Shown: positions 41,038-56,524, counted from the whole stretch's first letter. The stretch: 63,055 nucleotides of DNA, filler included, from Collodictyon triciliatum (GCA_043381765.1; 19 parts of 19 records of this genome joined end to end with filler, not necessarily neighbours in it); one strand, 5' to 3'. Notes: a model not told the origin generated them from the sequence alone. Translations and numbers: made by a program.

Positions 41038-42977
41038 ATGCAGCGCGCACAGACACTGGCGACTCTCTACCAGCACAAGAAGGAGAAGGAAAAGCTCGGA
41101 GGGGAACGTCGGCGGTATTCGATGGCGATCTTCTTCGTCGTCCAAGTCCTGATCCTCGTCTTCTTTTCGATCTTTACGAGGCACACAAACACAGCGGCTC
41201 CCGAACGTCATTATCAGGAATACATCGCCTTTTCCAGCGACTACATTCACTACAGCAACCTCATGATTATGACCATTATTGGATACACGCTGTCTTATGT
41301 CTCCAGTGTATGTATCTTCGCTCTGTTCCATTGCATTATGTCTATATTTCCCTATACTTGCAATTGCTATCGTTATATAATCCGTCCATCCATCATTCTT
41401 TTTTATGTATCAAAAGTGGATCAAAAGTGTACCATGCATTTATTGGCTATGTTTATTTTTTTCATGTGCTAGTATGAATGCAAAATCATTTATTTATTTA
41501 TTTATTTATGTACAAAGCAAACACACATATATCAGATTCATTACGCACGGCTTCTGACTTATAAAACCCAATCGATAGGCGACGGGGGGAACATCAAGTG
41601 GGATGATTCACGCAGCTGCCGCGTTCTTGACTCTGCAATGGGGGATTCTCGTTTTTGAGTTTTGGAATCGAGTCAGTTCGGGCGACTTTGACCACACTTA
41701 CCACTTGGACATCGAATCGCTGGCCGATGGATGCTATGCGACTATCACTGTTTTGATTAGCTTAGGGTGCGTCAATGGGCAGATTTCCATTGTCCAATCG
41801 CTGTGGAGCTCCCTCTTCCAAGTGGTTTTCTATGCATTTAACCACTTCCTTTTGAGTTTGCTGAATATCTCCAAGTGGGAACGTAATATCTACGTTCATT
41901 TATTCGGGGTTGTCTATGGTCTCGGAAGTTTGTACTAACTCTACTTTGAAAAGAACTATCCAGTTTATGAAAAAGAAATATAATATGAAATTATATTTAC
42001 GATACTAATTCTGCTCTCATGATGGATGTACAAAATATACATAACCTACTCTATCTGAAATACACAGTATCCTAATCATATATTCTTTCCAAAAACACAC
42101 ACACATATATAAATAGTGATGATTGGCTTACGTCCTTGCGTCCATGCGTCTGTTGTCCAGCAAAAGAAGGTTGGGAATGATTTCACGTCCAAGTTTGCTT
42201 TGCTTGGAACATTGATAACCGTGGTCACATTCCCATCCTTCAACGCTGCTTTCCAGCCAGTGGAGTTCCAATCGAGAGTGGTTTGTAACACATACTTGGC
42301 CTTGGCATCCGGAATCGTCTGCAGCTTTGCTACCTCTGTGATTCTGAGCCCAGAAGCACAATTCAAGTATGAAAAGATACGCTCGGGCATTCTCGCAAGC
42401 GGGGTTGCAATCTGCGGCTCCATCGCACCTCTCTGTGGACCAGCCGCCGCAGCCGGCGTTGGACTTGTCGCGTCGATGTCTGGCCTTCTTGTGGACCACT
42501 TTGCGAATGAAATGCTTGTGGATGTGTCAAACACACTTTCATCCCACTTCATTGGAGGCACGGTTGTTGGTGTGTTCGGCTCGGTGATTGCTGCAGCAAG
42601 TGTTGATGGCGACGGGAGTTTCTTCGGCCTCGAGTATGACGACTACTTTGACTCGAAATCAAACACACCCGGAAATTACGTGGCTGCCTTCTTTGTGACA
42701 GTCTTTGTTGCCTTTGTGCCGTCGTTTATAATCTCCTTGACCCTTGGGATGGGAGGCTGCTCGCCGAAGAAAAACTTTACCTGTTTTGAGGATATGGACG
42801 TTCTCTCAGACTATGACTGGATGATGCCAAAGACCCGCAGCTTCAAAATCAAGCAATACAAAAAGAAGGAAAGCTTGTTGAGCATCATCGCCGTGATTTT
42901 GGGGTTCAAGGACCCCTATGCAGACAGCGAGGTTGGGGATGCAGAGGCGCAGAGGGACCTCCATGTTACGTTGAGCG
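41038..42977 (+). CDS. Divergent Rhesus/Amt-family ammonium channel; the gene probably continues past the contig
   Basis: FLTLQWGILV, DIESLADGCYATITVLISLGCVNGQIS, YVHLFGVVYGL, LGTL...FPSFNAA, NTYLALASG, GILASGVAI, SHFIGG. Possible donor G|GTAAGT at 42978. Confidence 0.85.
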
Positions 42978-43550
42978 GTAAGTGCTAATTCGTGTCGCAC
43001 TGAGTGTTAAATTGTTTTTACTGTTTTTTACTGTTTTTACTGTTTTTTTACTGTTTTTTTACTGTTTTTTTTACTGTTTTTTTACTGTTTTTTTTACTGT
43101 TTTTTTACTGTTTTTTTACTGTTTTTTACTGTTTTTTTACTGTTTTTTTACTGTTTTTTTACTGTTNNNNNNNNNNNNNNNNNNNNNNNNNNNNNNNNNN
43201 NNNNNNNNNNTTAATTAATTAANNNNNNNNNNNNNNNNNNNNNNNNNNNNNNNNNNNNNNNNNNNNGAAAAGAGAGAGAAAAGAGAGAGAAAAGAGAGAG
43301 AAAAGAGAGAGAAAAGAGAGAGAAAAAGAGAGAGAAAAGAGAGAGAAAAGAGAGAGAAAAAGAGAGAGAAAAAGAGAGAGAAAAAGAGAGAGAAAAAGAG
43401 AGAGAAAAGAGAAAAAAGAGAGAAAAAAGAGAGAGAAAAGAGAAAAAAGAGAGAAAAGAGAAAAGAAAAGAGAAGAGAGAAAGAGAGAGAAAAGAGAGAG
43501 AAAAAAGCGAGAGAAAAAGAGAAATAGAGGGGGTGGGCAGGCGACGGCAA

Positions 43551-44040
43551 CCTGGACGGAGGAAGAGATGAGGGCAGAGGCAGAGGCAGAGGCGGGGGCG
43601 GGGGCAGGGGCGGGGGCGGAGGCGGCCAGGGGGTCAGCGGCGGGGTCTGTGAGGAGGGAGCCGGCGGCGGTGTGTGCGGCGGCGGTGGCGAGCCAGGTGT
43701 GGACGCGGCGGGTGTGGACGACGGCGGGGGTGGTGTGGTGGAGGAGGGCGTGGAGGGAGTCGAGCCAGAGGGCGGGGTCTGCGGCGGGGGCGACGTAGCG
43801 GTTGCTGCTGGTGGGGTGGACCAGGCACAGGCACTGCGGGTGCTGCCGGAAGCGCGTTGCCTCGCGGATCACGGCAATGAACTCCCGCAGCAGCCAGTGG
43901 CCCCGCGGCCCGCTCGCCTCGTCCGCAGAGAACACCACCCGGTCGAACGTCACCCGCGCGTACCGCCGCTTCCACCCGTGCAGCCGGCTCCCCCGCTTCT
44001 CCACCCACCCTTCCACAACAACCTCGCTGCTCTGCGCCAT
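43551..44040 (-). CDS. PH-domain protein, first exon (very GC-rich)
   Basis: VVEGWVEKRGSRLHGWKRRYARV...ALWLDSLHALL, followed by donor CAG|GTTGCC. Confidence 0.8.
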
Positions 44041-44158
44041 CCCCTTCTTCTCCGCTCCGCTCGCTTCTTCCCACGCGCCTAGGTTTTTTTTTTGTTTTTT
44101 GTTCTTTTCTTTTTCTTTTTGTTCTTTGTCTTTTGTTATTTTATTTAATTTTCTATTT

Positions 44159-44214
<56 letters not shown>

Positions 44215-45116
44215 TCTGCTGTGTTGACAGATGTCTTCCTCGTTGATCTATGAGTTGTGTACGCCTGTGTGGCTGATTATGTCTGGATTGATCTGATCTA
44301 AACAGCGAAATGCGTTTTGGTGGTGCGTCTGTGTTTGGGATGATGGAGCGGGGTTTATTCGGTTTGTTTTGTTGCTGTGGCGCTTTTTCTAAATCACACG
44401 TGCGCCTATGAGGCGGCTGATGGCTTTTGGAGGTCGGNNNNNNNNNNNNNNNNNNNNNNNNNNNNNNNNNNNNNNNNNNNNNNNNNNNNNNNNNNNNNNN
44501 NNNNNNNNNNNNNNNNNNNNNNNNNNNNNNNNNNNNNNNNNNNNNNNNNNNNNNNNNNNNNNNNNNNNNNNNNNNNNNNNNNNNNNNNNNNNNNNNNNNN
44601 NNNNNNNNNNNNNNNNNNNNNNNNNNNNNNNNNNNNNNNNNNNNNNNNNNNNNNNNNNNNNNNNNNNNNNNNNNNNNNNNNNNNNNNNNNNNNNNNNNNN
44701 NNNNNNNNNNNNNNNNNNNNNNNNNNNNNNNNNNNNNNNNNNNNNNNNNNNNNNNNNNNNNNNNNNNNNNNNNNNNNNNNNNNNNNNNNNNNNNNNNNNN
44801 NNNNNNNNNNNNNNNNNNNNNNNNNNNNNNNNNNNNNNNNNNNNNNNNNNNNNNNNNNNNNNNNNNNNNNNNNNNNNNNNNNNNNNNNNNNNNNNNNNNN
44901 NNNNNNNNNNNNNNNNNNNNNNNNNNNNNNGGGCGAGGCGGATTCTTTGTCTTTTCAAGTCGCTCTTGCGCTTTCTGTTGAGTGTCGTGTGTGGTTTGGT
45001 TGGTTTGAGAGTACATAAAGAAAAGAAAAGACATGGATTTTCAGATAAACTTGGGTGGATTCAAAGAATAACTGATTTAGAAAACTACCGGACATATATA
45101 CATGTATATCTATTAC

Positions 45117-46325
<1,209 letters not shown>

Positions 46326-47342
46326 GAGCTGTGGATTCTCTGTCTGACTATGCCGCAGAGATAGAAATAAAGAAAGAAAAGAAAAGAAAAAGAAAACTTT
46401 AAGCAGTTTAAAATTGAACTATTCCAGTAAACGCGAAGTGTTTTTTTTTTTTTTTTTTTTTTGTTTTTTTTTTTTNNNNNNNNNNNNNNNNNNNNNNNNN
46501 NNNNNNNNNNNNNNNNNNNTTAATTAATTAANNNNNNNNNNNNNNNNNNNNNNNNNNNNNNNNNNNNNNNNNNNNTTTCACGTTTTACAATTTACACCTC
46601 GTAACGGAAAGTCCAAATTTATTGTATAGATTTTTTATTTTTTATTTTTTATTTTTTATTTTGCAATTGCTCGCTCTCTTTCAGTGTGCGAGGTGGTGGT
46701 GATTTTGGGATTAGTATATCAGCCATAGTTTGTATGGACGCTACTTGGTGGCCGGGTGGCGGAGAAGTAGTCGGTAATGAGGAACTGCATCCTGCGAATT
46801 GGCCTGTAGCCTGGGTCTTGTGCTTGCATGAGAGTGGCAAGGCGATATTTAATCTCTTTCTCGGCCTCTTTCCACATGTCTCTCCTCATAGGTTTGAGTA
46901 ATAAAAAAAAAAAAAAAAAACATGAGGGCGGCGAAGGAAGCTACTGAAGAAAGAGATTTGTATGATGGCACCCGCCTGTTATCGAGAATGGGTGGCTGGT
47001 TGTTGATTCTTGCTTTGCATGAGTATATGCGTGCTATCCACATAGCTCACAGCAAATGACCTTGCGTGCTTGCCTAGAGTGTTGTCTAGATACTCAAAAT
47101 ACACTTTTTGTGATCTAAATAAAATAAAAAGGAACAAAACAATATTTACGATTCGAAGTAAAGAGACGAAACTTTGCCAACACATTAATCAAGAGGATAA
47201 AACCATTGCACACGAGCCACTGGAAAAATGCAAAATTTATAAAACCAAAAAGATATGTGTGTCTTCTTTTCTTTTCTTATTTGATTGGATTTTTATGGGA
47301 TTTTAAAACATAGACATCCTTATAATGACGGCAATGAGAATT

Positions 47343-49345
47343 TTAAGGATTTTTTGTTTCAAAGATACTTGATTGGCTATTCAACCAAGAAATCAATTTC
47401 ATCACAATCTTCGATTGCAAACGAGAGAGCTTAAAAGGCTCATCGGCCAAGTCTGTCTCTAAGGTATCCATTATATCTTTTCCACATAGTTCATATTCGA
47501 TAACGGCGTTGACAAACGCTTCTGGTTGCTTGGCTTGCCTCAGATAGTCTGCAAGTTCTTCTGTACCCATTTCTTCTGGTTTGCATGTGAGAACAGGGAA
47601 TTTAGACGTTGAGCTTATCCGCATACTATGACCGACATCATTTTTGGTGGATAACGCGTTCATACTACTCTCTCCAATTTTTTGGGGGTTAATTTGATAG
47701 CCGTTTGGTTGTACTTTTGCTTCTGTTGACAATACACTGCGCACACTTGATGTCTCAGATTTTGATGCTGTCGTGGAATAATCTGTGTCTTTGGAACCGA
47801 TTATATTGAAACCAGACTCTTCTGATATGCTGTCAGGATTTTCAGAGTCTTGAGCGACTGCATCCGTTAGCTCATTAAAATCTATGCCCGTGTGCCTTTG
47901 AAGGTCTCCTCGTGAATTAGTCAAGGCCAGCTCTGATCCCTCTCTCGAATCTGTTTTTACTGTTGGAGTGGATTCGTTTGTGTCATGGATCTTGGACGCT
48001 CCATCTCTCTTCAACAAAAACCTATCTACCAAGGCATCAGGAGCCTCTTCTGTTCGTAATGTGCTCAGACATCCCTGGATATGATTCCAGTCTATTTTCG
48101 ACCACTTTTCCTTGAAAGTTTCATAATACACTTTTTGAGAGAATTTCTCACATAGTTGCTGATTCTCAATTCCAGCTGCGATGATAATCATCCTCATCTC
48201 GCGCTCTCCGAATGTGGCAGGCAAAAATGTTTGCAACACCCCTCGAATCACTAGTGTTCTACGATTTTCACTATGATATTCATAGTCAGTCAAAATTAAG
48301 GTTAGACGACTAAATTCACATCTTTTTTCCGGATTGACATCTAAACACACTCGAATCATATTTTGAACCCCAATAGCGTGATCGTTCCCCAGACTTAGAT
48401 CTTTTTGCTCCATCTCATCCTCATTAGGTGGGTTCGCGTGCAAAATGAGCCACATCACCACCCCAAATCCATATACATACCAACTTTCTGTAAAATGACG
48501 AGTCTCTAAGTCACGAGAACGAAAGTCTCTGGTTAGAATTTCTGGGGGGCTATATAAACCTTGATTGATTAGATTGATATCGCAGATAGATACAGGTCCT
48601 GATAATTTAGCGATGGCCGCATTATCATTACCAAAAACCATGATATTTTTTGTACACAGTAAAAACTTCCAGTCAGGTTCTCTAATTTGCTCTAGTAGGT
48701 AACACATGGCTGATGATATTTGGTTTAGAAGTTTGTATTTTGGGACTAGATGGATTCTCCTACTGATGATGAAATCATAAAGTGATGATACGGGGGCTTC
48801 AAATAGTATCTGACAAATCGTTTGGCTAACGTAGTATGCCAAGATCACGCTGATGTATTGATGTTGCAGGTTTGTGTAAAGTTCCAGTTTGGTCAAAATT
48901 ACTCTTTTTTCGTCACCTTGAACTGTTTTCAATACAACCTGTTTCTTTTCAAAATCTGCAAGGTAGGCACCCTTAAATGACTCGCTTTTGGTCCAATGAC
49001 TCGAATCTATTATCCTTGTGAGTGGGATGGGTTGCAAATTTCTGTGGCTTTGGTCTTGATTAGAAATTTTAAAGAAATCTTCCTTCACAAGACCTATTTC
49101 GCTCCCAATGTGCGCGACATAATACCCACTGTTTATTAAGTTGATAGTATAAAAAAAATCGGGTTGAGCCTCAAGAGCAGAGAATTTTAAGAGAGCAACA
49201 CCAAAATAATATTTTCGATAAAATAACAGACATTATCAGTCATAAGTTTTGCGTGTATAATCAAGTCGTCTATAAATTTGATGGGAAATATACCTTTGAG
49301 GAGTTTTTTCCATCAGAAGTAGCTGTGTCTCTTTGAGAACCCCAG
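47343..49345 (-). CDS. TKL-like pseudokinase with Ser-rich linker and C-terminal SAM-like domain (5' partial)
   Basis: VVLK, LQHQYI, YSPPEIL, VYGFGVVMW, CLDVNPEKR. HRD and DFG are absent. C-terminal MGTEELADYL...IEYELCGKDIM...LSRLQSKIVMKLI is SAM-like. Confidence 0.75.
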
Positions 49346-49892
49346 GGTAAGTCTCTCCTTCTCCTTTATAATAGCATAGAAATTATATTCAAATTATTAA
49401 AAAAAAAAATTAAAATTGAAGCGCAACAAAGCTAGAATATTTCATTTCAAGTGAACTAAATTTAACCCTCGAATGATTTTATAGCAGTGATGTAATGATT
49501 CTGTAAAAGAATATTTAGATAGCCGAAAGCATTTCATTATCTCTGTAGATTGTACGCGATTTTATACATTTAAATTTTACATTAATTGAGATGCCCATTT
49601 TTAATACGATATATGTATACTTTTTTGCTTTTCTGCTTTTTTATTTTTTATTATTTTTTATTATTTTTTATTATTTTTTATTATTTTTTATTTTTATTTT
49701 TTTATTTTTTTATTTTTTTATTTTTTTATTTTTTATTTTTTATTTTTTATTTTTTATTTTTTATTTTTTATTTTTTATTTTTTATTTTTTATNNNNNNNN
49801 NNNNNNNNNNNNNNNNNNNNNNNNNNNNNNNNNNNNTTAATTAATTAANNNNNNNNNNNNNNNNNNNNNNNNNNNNNNNNNNNNNNNNNNNN

Positions 49893-52800
49893 TTGATGGC
49901 ATATGTCATCCAAGTGATTGAATATCCAACTTCAGGTGGGAATATTGTAAGCACTAAAATTCTCACTATTGTTCGACCCAACTACGGTGGAAGTAATTCT
50001 TACAGACTATTTGCTCAAATGATTTTGATTGTTTTTGCAGTTGGTCTGTTCTTTCATGAAATCGACCAGGCTGTTGAAGAAGGAATCAAGTTGTATATGG
50101 CCTCGATTTGGAACTGGATTGACATGCTTATCGTTCTTTTTTTATTTCTAAGTGTTGGTTTGCATCTATACATCGATAACCTCGCCTTTTCTCACAACTT
50201 TGAAGGTGTTTCAACAAGTGAAGATTTTTCTTTATATCATGACATTGTTCGATTTGACTCCATCAAGCAGAATTTTTTAAGTCTACTGAACTTCTTTGCA
50301 TGGACAAGACTTCTTTACTTCCTACGCATCCAGAAAAATATATGTTTGATGCTTAATGTAATTCACAAAATGATTGGAGAAATGGTGATATTCCTTATAA
50401 TGATATTTGTCTTCATGGCTGCTTTCGGGACTGCCATTTACGCTGTTGTTGGGAGAAATGTCGTATATCTTTCATCAACCGAGTATCTGATTTACAGCTT
50501 CACCTCTTTTATGTTTGGTGGACTAAATTTCGAAGATATCTACATGGCAAGTCCTGTTCTTGGTCCAATTCTATACTTTGGATTTCTCTTCATGTTCAAT
50601 ATTCTTCTAATTAATCTCTTGATTGCTGTTCTCAGCAACAAATATGAAGAAATCATCGCCGACTCAAAGAGGGAATATGATCTTGTATTTACGGATATAG
50701 TTCTAGAAATGCGAGAAGATACAATGCCAGCCCCAGTGAATCTGTTGCGCCCATTGATGCCAATTTATAGAATTACAAAATCTCTTGGATTTATCATGTA
50801 TCGTCGCCTGAGAAAGCCTTTTCGCTGGGCAACTTATGAGAGGCGGGAATGCTGGGCACATCTGGACTATAATCCGGACATGAAACCCCATCAATTTTTT
50901 TGTTCCTATTTTGTCCCCTTCACTGAGTTCAGTCGAAGAACAGATATATTCGCTGTTAGGGTATACACTATATGGGTCGATATTTTGACCTCTCTTTTGG
51001 GGATACCTATCGGGCTCATTTACTTTATACTTGCTCTCATTGTGGGTATAGTTTACTGGGCTCTGATTATTTTTAAAATCGGTATGGTTTTGTTTATTTT
51101 TTTACAATATTATGTTTTTTCTTAGAGCTATAAAATATCTTTCATGCTTGCAGTGAACTTATAAAATTTTATTTTTATGAAAGTCGTTGTATTTTCTGTG
51201 GAATATGTGCTAAAGAAGAGCGACAAGTAAGCTACAGTACAAATAAATGATGTGATTTAATCCTATTTGTGCAGAGTCTAATCTAATCACATTTGAAACT
51301 AGGAGGGGATTCATCGACATAATTGCCAATGTGTGGAGTATAATTAACAATATAAGAGAGGTTGGCCCATAATCAAGAAATAATTAACGCACGATACCTA
51401 ATTCTTTGTATTATATGTAATGAATGTTTATAAAACTCTCATTGTAGGATCAATATACCCTGCTTCAATCCATTTTCGTCTTTTACGTGAACATGCATCG
51501 TTATGGAGTGATAACATCAGCAATAATATTCTCTCCGCTTTGGTACACGTTCTTCTTAATCGGATTCTATAGAAGAATCAAACCAGCTGTGAGTTTTATC
51601 CTTTTGACTCTGTAACTGAGTAAAAATGAACATGTTTCCTGAAAGGTCTAACAGAATCTATTATTTGATTCATTTAAACATTGGATATCTATTATAAAAT
51701 GTGATTGTATTCATAATTACTAATTACTTCTTGCCCCATAATTTCTTTCAAAAAATTCAGAAAGCAATGCGTGAGTTGTTTTATTTCATTTGTGAATGTA
51801 TACTAGTCGTGAAAATTTAAGTACCATATTCTAATTTTTTGCAAATAGTTAGGGAAATGTATGATAAATCAGATTCCAGGGATTCAGAAAAACCAACAAA
51901 TACTGCAAAGAGTTCGAAGAACACAACATATGATATTATCCTACAAAAAGACTTTTCGTTGCCCGCTAAGGTCTATGACGATGTCTCCGTAATTTTGGAG
52001 AAGCTTGGCATATTTTACTTTGAAGTCCAAATGCTTTCCGCGGGCTGTTTTGAGATTGGATTTGCCTCTAAGAAGGAAAAAAGCATATATTACATTTCTG
52101 ATGAATTGGTCTTTAATCATCAAAAGTATCAAAGAAAATCAGATGATACACTTGGTCTAGGTGTTCTAAAAAATGACGCCGAATATACGTATTTTTATAC
52201 CCTCAACGGGAAGGCATATAGGTTTTACACAAAAACCCCCGAATTTCTAAGAGACCTGAAAGACTTCAGCGAAGAGCTTGTCAAATTTAAGGGGGAAAGT
52301 GACAAAGCTATACATCCATTCGTCAAAATTCAATCTTTAGGTGGTGCCGCACTTGTAAACCTGGGAGACAAGCCTACTCGACTGGATTTTGAGCGGGCTC
52401 ATCCCAATATTCGGTCGAATAGATTGATTCCATTTGGAAATAATTTACCTCTCATTTCGTGGGACGGTGCATACGTAAGCTTCTGTGAAGGTTCCCACTC
52501 CAGCCTCGCTTTTGGAGAGAACCCAATCCCTTTCATATTTGCAAAAAAGAGAAAGGACAGCATCATGTCGAAAAAGAAAGCATTGAAGTACAATTCAAAC
52601 TTCAAATCTGAAAAAAGAGAGAATGACCAAGTTTCGAAAAAGACTAATTACCAAGATTTGAAAAAAGAGCCAGATGCTATTGTGTTCTTTAGATCAATTT
52701 TCGAAAAAATTGATTCTTTTATGGACCGTAGTGACTTCTTTGGGTATATGTTTATGATTGAGATTATATCGTTCGCTCCTGGGATAGAAGTTATTTATGG

Positions 52801-53108
52801 ATTTACCAGTGAACTGCGCAGAACAAATACGACTGAGGGCTGCCTCGCAGGAGATATGCGACGTATGTTCTGTGCCAGCATTTCTGATGAAGGGATTGTT
52901 ACCTGCCGAAAAATAAATGAGTAAACTCAAATTTGATTATTTTTTTTTTATTGTATAAAATTGTATATTTTATGACCTATCAATGATAACTCTTTTTTTT
53001 CTTTTGCGAACGTAACAGAGGAATAAAAATCTGGAGACCGGTTGAAGGAGAGAAAAAAGAATTCCAAAGGAAAATCAGAAATGAACTGAGGCTCTACGCT
53101 AAAGTGTC
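49893..53108 (+). CDS. Polycystin/TRP-like cation channel with downstream SPRY-like domain (internal fragment)
   Basis: YMASIWNWIDM, FAWTRLLYFLR, FMAAFG, ILLINLLIAVLSNKYEEI, then FYFEVQMLSAGCFEIGFA and YFYTLNGK. Confidence 0.8.
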
Positions 53109-53422
53109 NNNNNNNNNNNNNNNNNNNNNNNNNNNNNNNNNNNNNNNNNNNNTTAATTAATTAANNNNNNNNNNNNNNNNNNNNNNNNNNNNNNNNNNNN
53201 NNNNNNNNTCTCTCTCTCTCTCTCTCTTTATTCTCTCTCTTTATTCTCTCTCTCTCTTTATTCTCTCTCTCTCTCTCTTTATTCTCTCTCTCTCTCTCTT
53301 TATTCTCTCTATATTCTCTCAATTCTTTCTCTTTATTCTCTCCTCTCTTGTTTTGTGTCCTAAATTTCATTCTCGTTAAAAAATCATGCTTATCCTATAG
53401 CTCTTGAACAAGAAGACTCCAA

Positions 53423-56272
53423 ATGTCCTTCTCTGTCCAAGGCATTCGTGAGTTGATGTCATCTCTACACTCACGAAGGCATGAAGATCAAGAAGGTTCA
53501 GGCTCCCCGTCCATTTCCCAGAGCAGGGATTCTCATTCTTCAGACGGTCCTGCCACTGCCAGCGATAAGATTCCTCTACTGCCAAATGCATCGGAGAGTG
53601 TTGGTGAAGAACATACTCTGAAAACTCCAAACTCTGAAATTCCAAACGGGTTGGAACAAAAGGAAAATAAATTACAAGGATGGGCTCCAGTGAACTCACC
53701 TGTGACGAAGGCAAAATCTATCACCATTACTGAACCTTACAGCTTCAAGCCTTTTTCATCATACGATCAATTAACTGACGTCGAAGTGTTGGGTATTTCT
53801 GAAGAGACATCACTCAATTCATTGCACCATCTGCCAAGGACTGTGACGTCTCTTTCTCTTTCTTTTAGATCCAATTGCGAGTTTAACATTCCAGAAAGCA
53901 TTATTCTGCTTAAGGACCTTGTTACTGTGGAGCTCACATATGCAGAGTCTACCCCAGAAAATCCAAGTAATACAACGGATGAGGGGACGGGCGCTGGTCC
54001 TCCGAATCCATCGGGGTCTAATCAACACGATTCATTTCCTTGCCAGACCACAAAGAGCTTGATGGAGAAGAAACAGACCCTCATCGAAGCACCACCTCAT
54101 CTAATTAAATCAATCACCATCCTCGGTGGTCTCTATTCGTTGAGGACTTTGAAGCTCCGTCACAACAAACTTTTTACTATCCCCGCAGAAATAGCATTAC
54201 TCTCTAATTTAGTTTGCCTCGACGTCAGTAACAATCAGATAACAGACATATCTCATGATATATGCAGACTAAATCACCTTGAGGAATTGTGTTTGGATGG
54301 AAATCCCGATTACCATACCCTAGTTGAAAGGTTACCAAAAGATTTGACTCCCTTTATTCGGATTGAATTTGAACCAGGCCCAGAAAAAACTGAATATAAG
54401 GTTATCTATGAGGTAAAGACCAAGGGAATCCGAATTAGAACGCACGATAGTAGTAAGTGTGTTGAATTAACATTAAAATATCTAAAGAATGAAACCCCAT
54501 TTAAGGACATCAGAAAACTTTCCTGGAGAGACAACCAAATGACCGAAGTTTCAGATAAGATCCACTCTCTCCTATCTTCAATAACCATCCTTGACCTGAC
54601 AAACAACAAGCTTGAAAATATAGATAGTTTGTTATTACACTTGAGCAACTTAAAAGAGCTCCTTATTGAAGGCAATGAAAAACTGAGCATTACTTCGAGT
54701 CTGAAGCGCTTCTTGTCTCGCCTCCGATATTGGGAAGCTGATCAAATTTCTAGAGACGGTCTAATTACACAAAGTTCATCTTTCAGCGGTGGGGAACTAA
54801 TTTTAAGTGGTACCTGCAAGCTAAGCGACCTCAATTTTGATTACAAATCGCAGAGTACATCTGTAAGGTCTTTGGATCTTTCTGGAGATCCGTCTTCGCA
54901 ACAAAAGGTCAATATCATCCGGGACATGACAAACATAACCAAGCTGTGCCTTCGGAAATGTAGCCTTTTTGAATTGCCAGATGATTTGAAAGAGTTGAAG
55001 CGTCTTATAAGTGCTGATGTCTCTGAAAATATGCTTCATCATTTGACCGTTATTCCAGGTGATTGTCTTCGAGATTTAAACGCATCAAAGAACAATATTA
55101 GCGACACCTCTCAATTTAGGGAGTTTTCTTTATTAGAGGCCTTGAATTTATCATCGAACCAGGTAACATCGTTGCAGTATTTATCTGAAATATCTACATT
55201 AAACTCAATACGGGCTGCTGACAACAAAATTGAAGAATTGGGATATGAAATACTATATATGCCATCACTGAAGGAGCTGGATGTTAGCGCCAACGAGATA
55301 TCCAAATTTATACTTCCCGCGCAGACTCAAGTCCAATCACATGGCTGTATGGGGTTGACGAAACTTAACCTTCAGAAAAACAAATTGAAGCTAATTGAAA
55401 TTTTTCCTAACCTCCCTCAACTCAAGATACTTTTACTTGATTCAAATGGTCTTGGCGATATTCAATGCCTTTCCCACTTAATGCTCCTAGAATCTTTGAA
55501 TCTGGAAAGGAATGAAATATCAACACTTCCGAGTACAATTATTTTGACAAGGCTTACCGAGCTTAATATATCTCACAATAAGTTTTCGATTTTACCAGAT
55601 TACATCTCGACGATGACCTCCATTAAAATCCTATCATTTTCTGGAAATCAACTTGATTGGATACCAGATATATTCATGAGTATGAAATTGGTTGTAAGTT
55701 TATCATTCCACGGCAATTCGATTCAGTTTCTTCCCGATAGCTTTACAAACTTGCGTTACCTCGAGTATGTGGGAATGTCCTCCAACAAATTTACATCTAT
55801 CCCTACCGAACTTGCCGCCTTACAGAAACTTAAAACCCTGGACATTCAAAGCAACGACTTTACGCATATCCCTGAAAATATAGGAGACTTTCTGGAAATA
55901 GAAACAATAAAATTGACATGTTCGAATAGAAATGAGCAGAAATTGTGGAATTGCTTCCAAGATGGTGACAAAAATCAAAGCATCATGAGAGATGGTTTCG
56001 CGCCTTTAAGCCACTTTGCAAAACATCTGACCAGATTGACATCTCTTACATTGTCAAATAATAGGTTTCATGCATTTCCCGAACAAATTCAATATCTTAC
56101 TAATTTGATCCAGCTTGATATGAGTCATAATATGGTTACTTCAGTCCCATCTTTTGTGAGCAAGCTATCAAAACTCCGGACACTTTTTCTTGACTATAAC
56201 AAGCTTGAAATAATAGACGATCCCACAGTTGATTTATCTAAGGATGCAAAGGAGTGGTATCATGAACGTGAA
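53423..56272 (+). CDS. Large leucine-rich repeat protein (3' part missing)
   Basis: About 950 codons uninterrupted, with more than 20 LxxLxLxxNxL repeats. Confidence 0.92.
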
Positions 56273-56524
56273 GTTGGTGGGTCTCTCTACAATTTCTCTC
56301 TCTTTTTTTCTCTCTCTCTTTTTTTCTCTCTCTTTTTTTTTCTCTCTCTTTTTTTTTTCTCTCTCTTTTTTTTCTCTCTCTTTTATTCTCTCTCTTTTAT
56401 TCTCTCTCTTTTATTCTCTCTCTTNNNNNNNNNNNNNNNNNNNNNNNNNNNNNNNNNNNNNNNNNNNNTTAATTAATTAANNNNNNNNNNNNNNNNNNNN
56501 NNNNNNNNNNNNNNNNNNNNNNNN

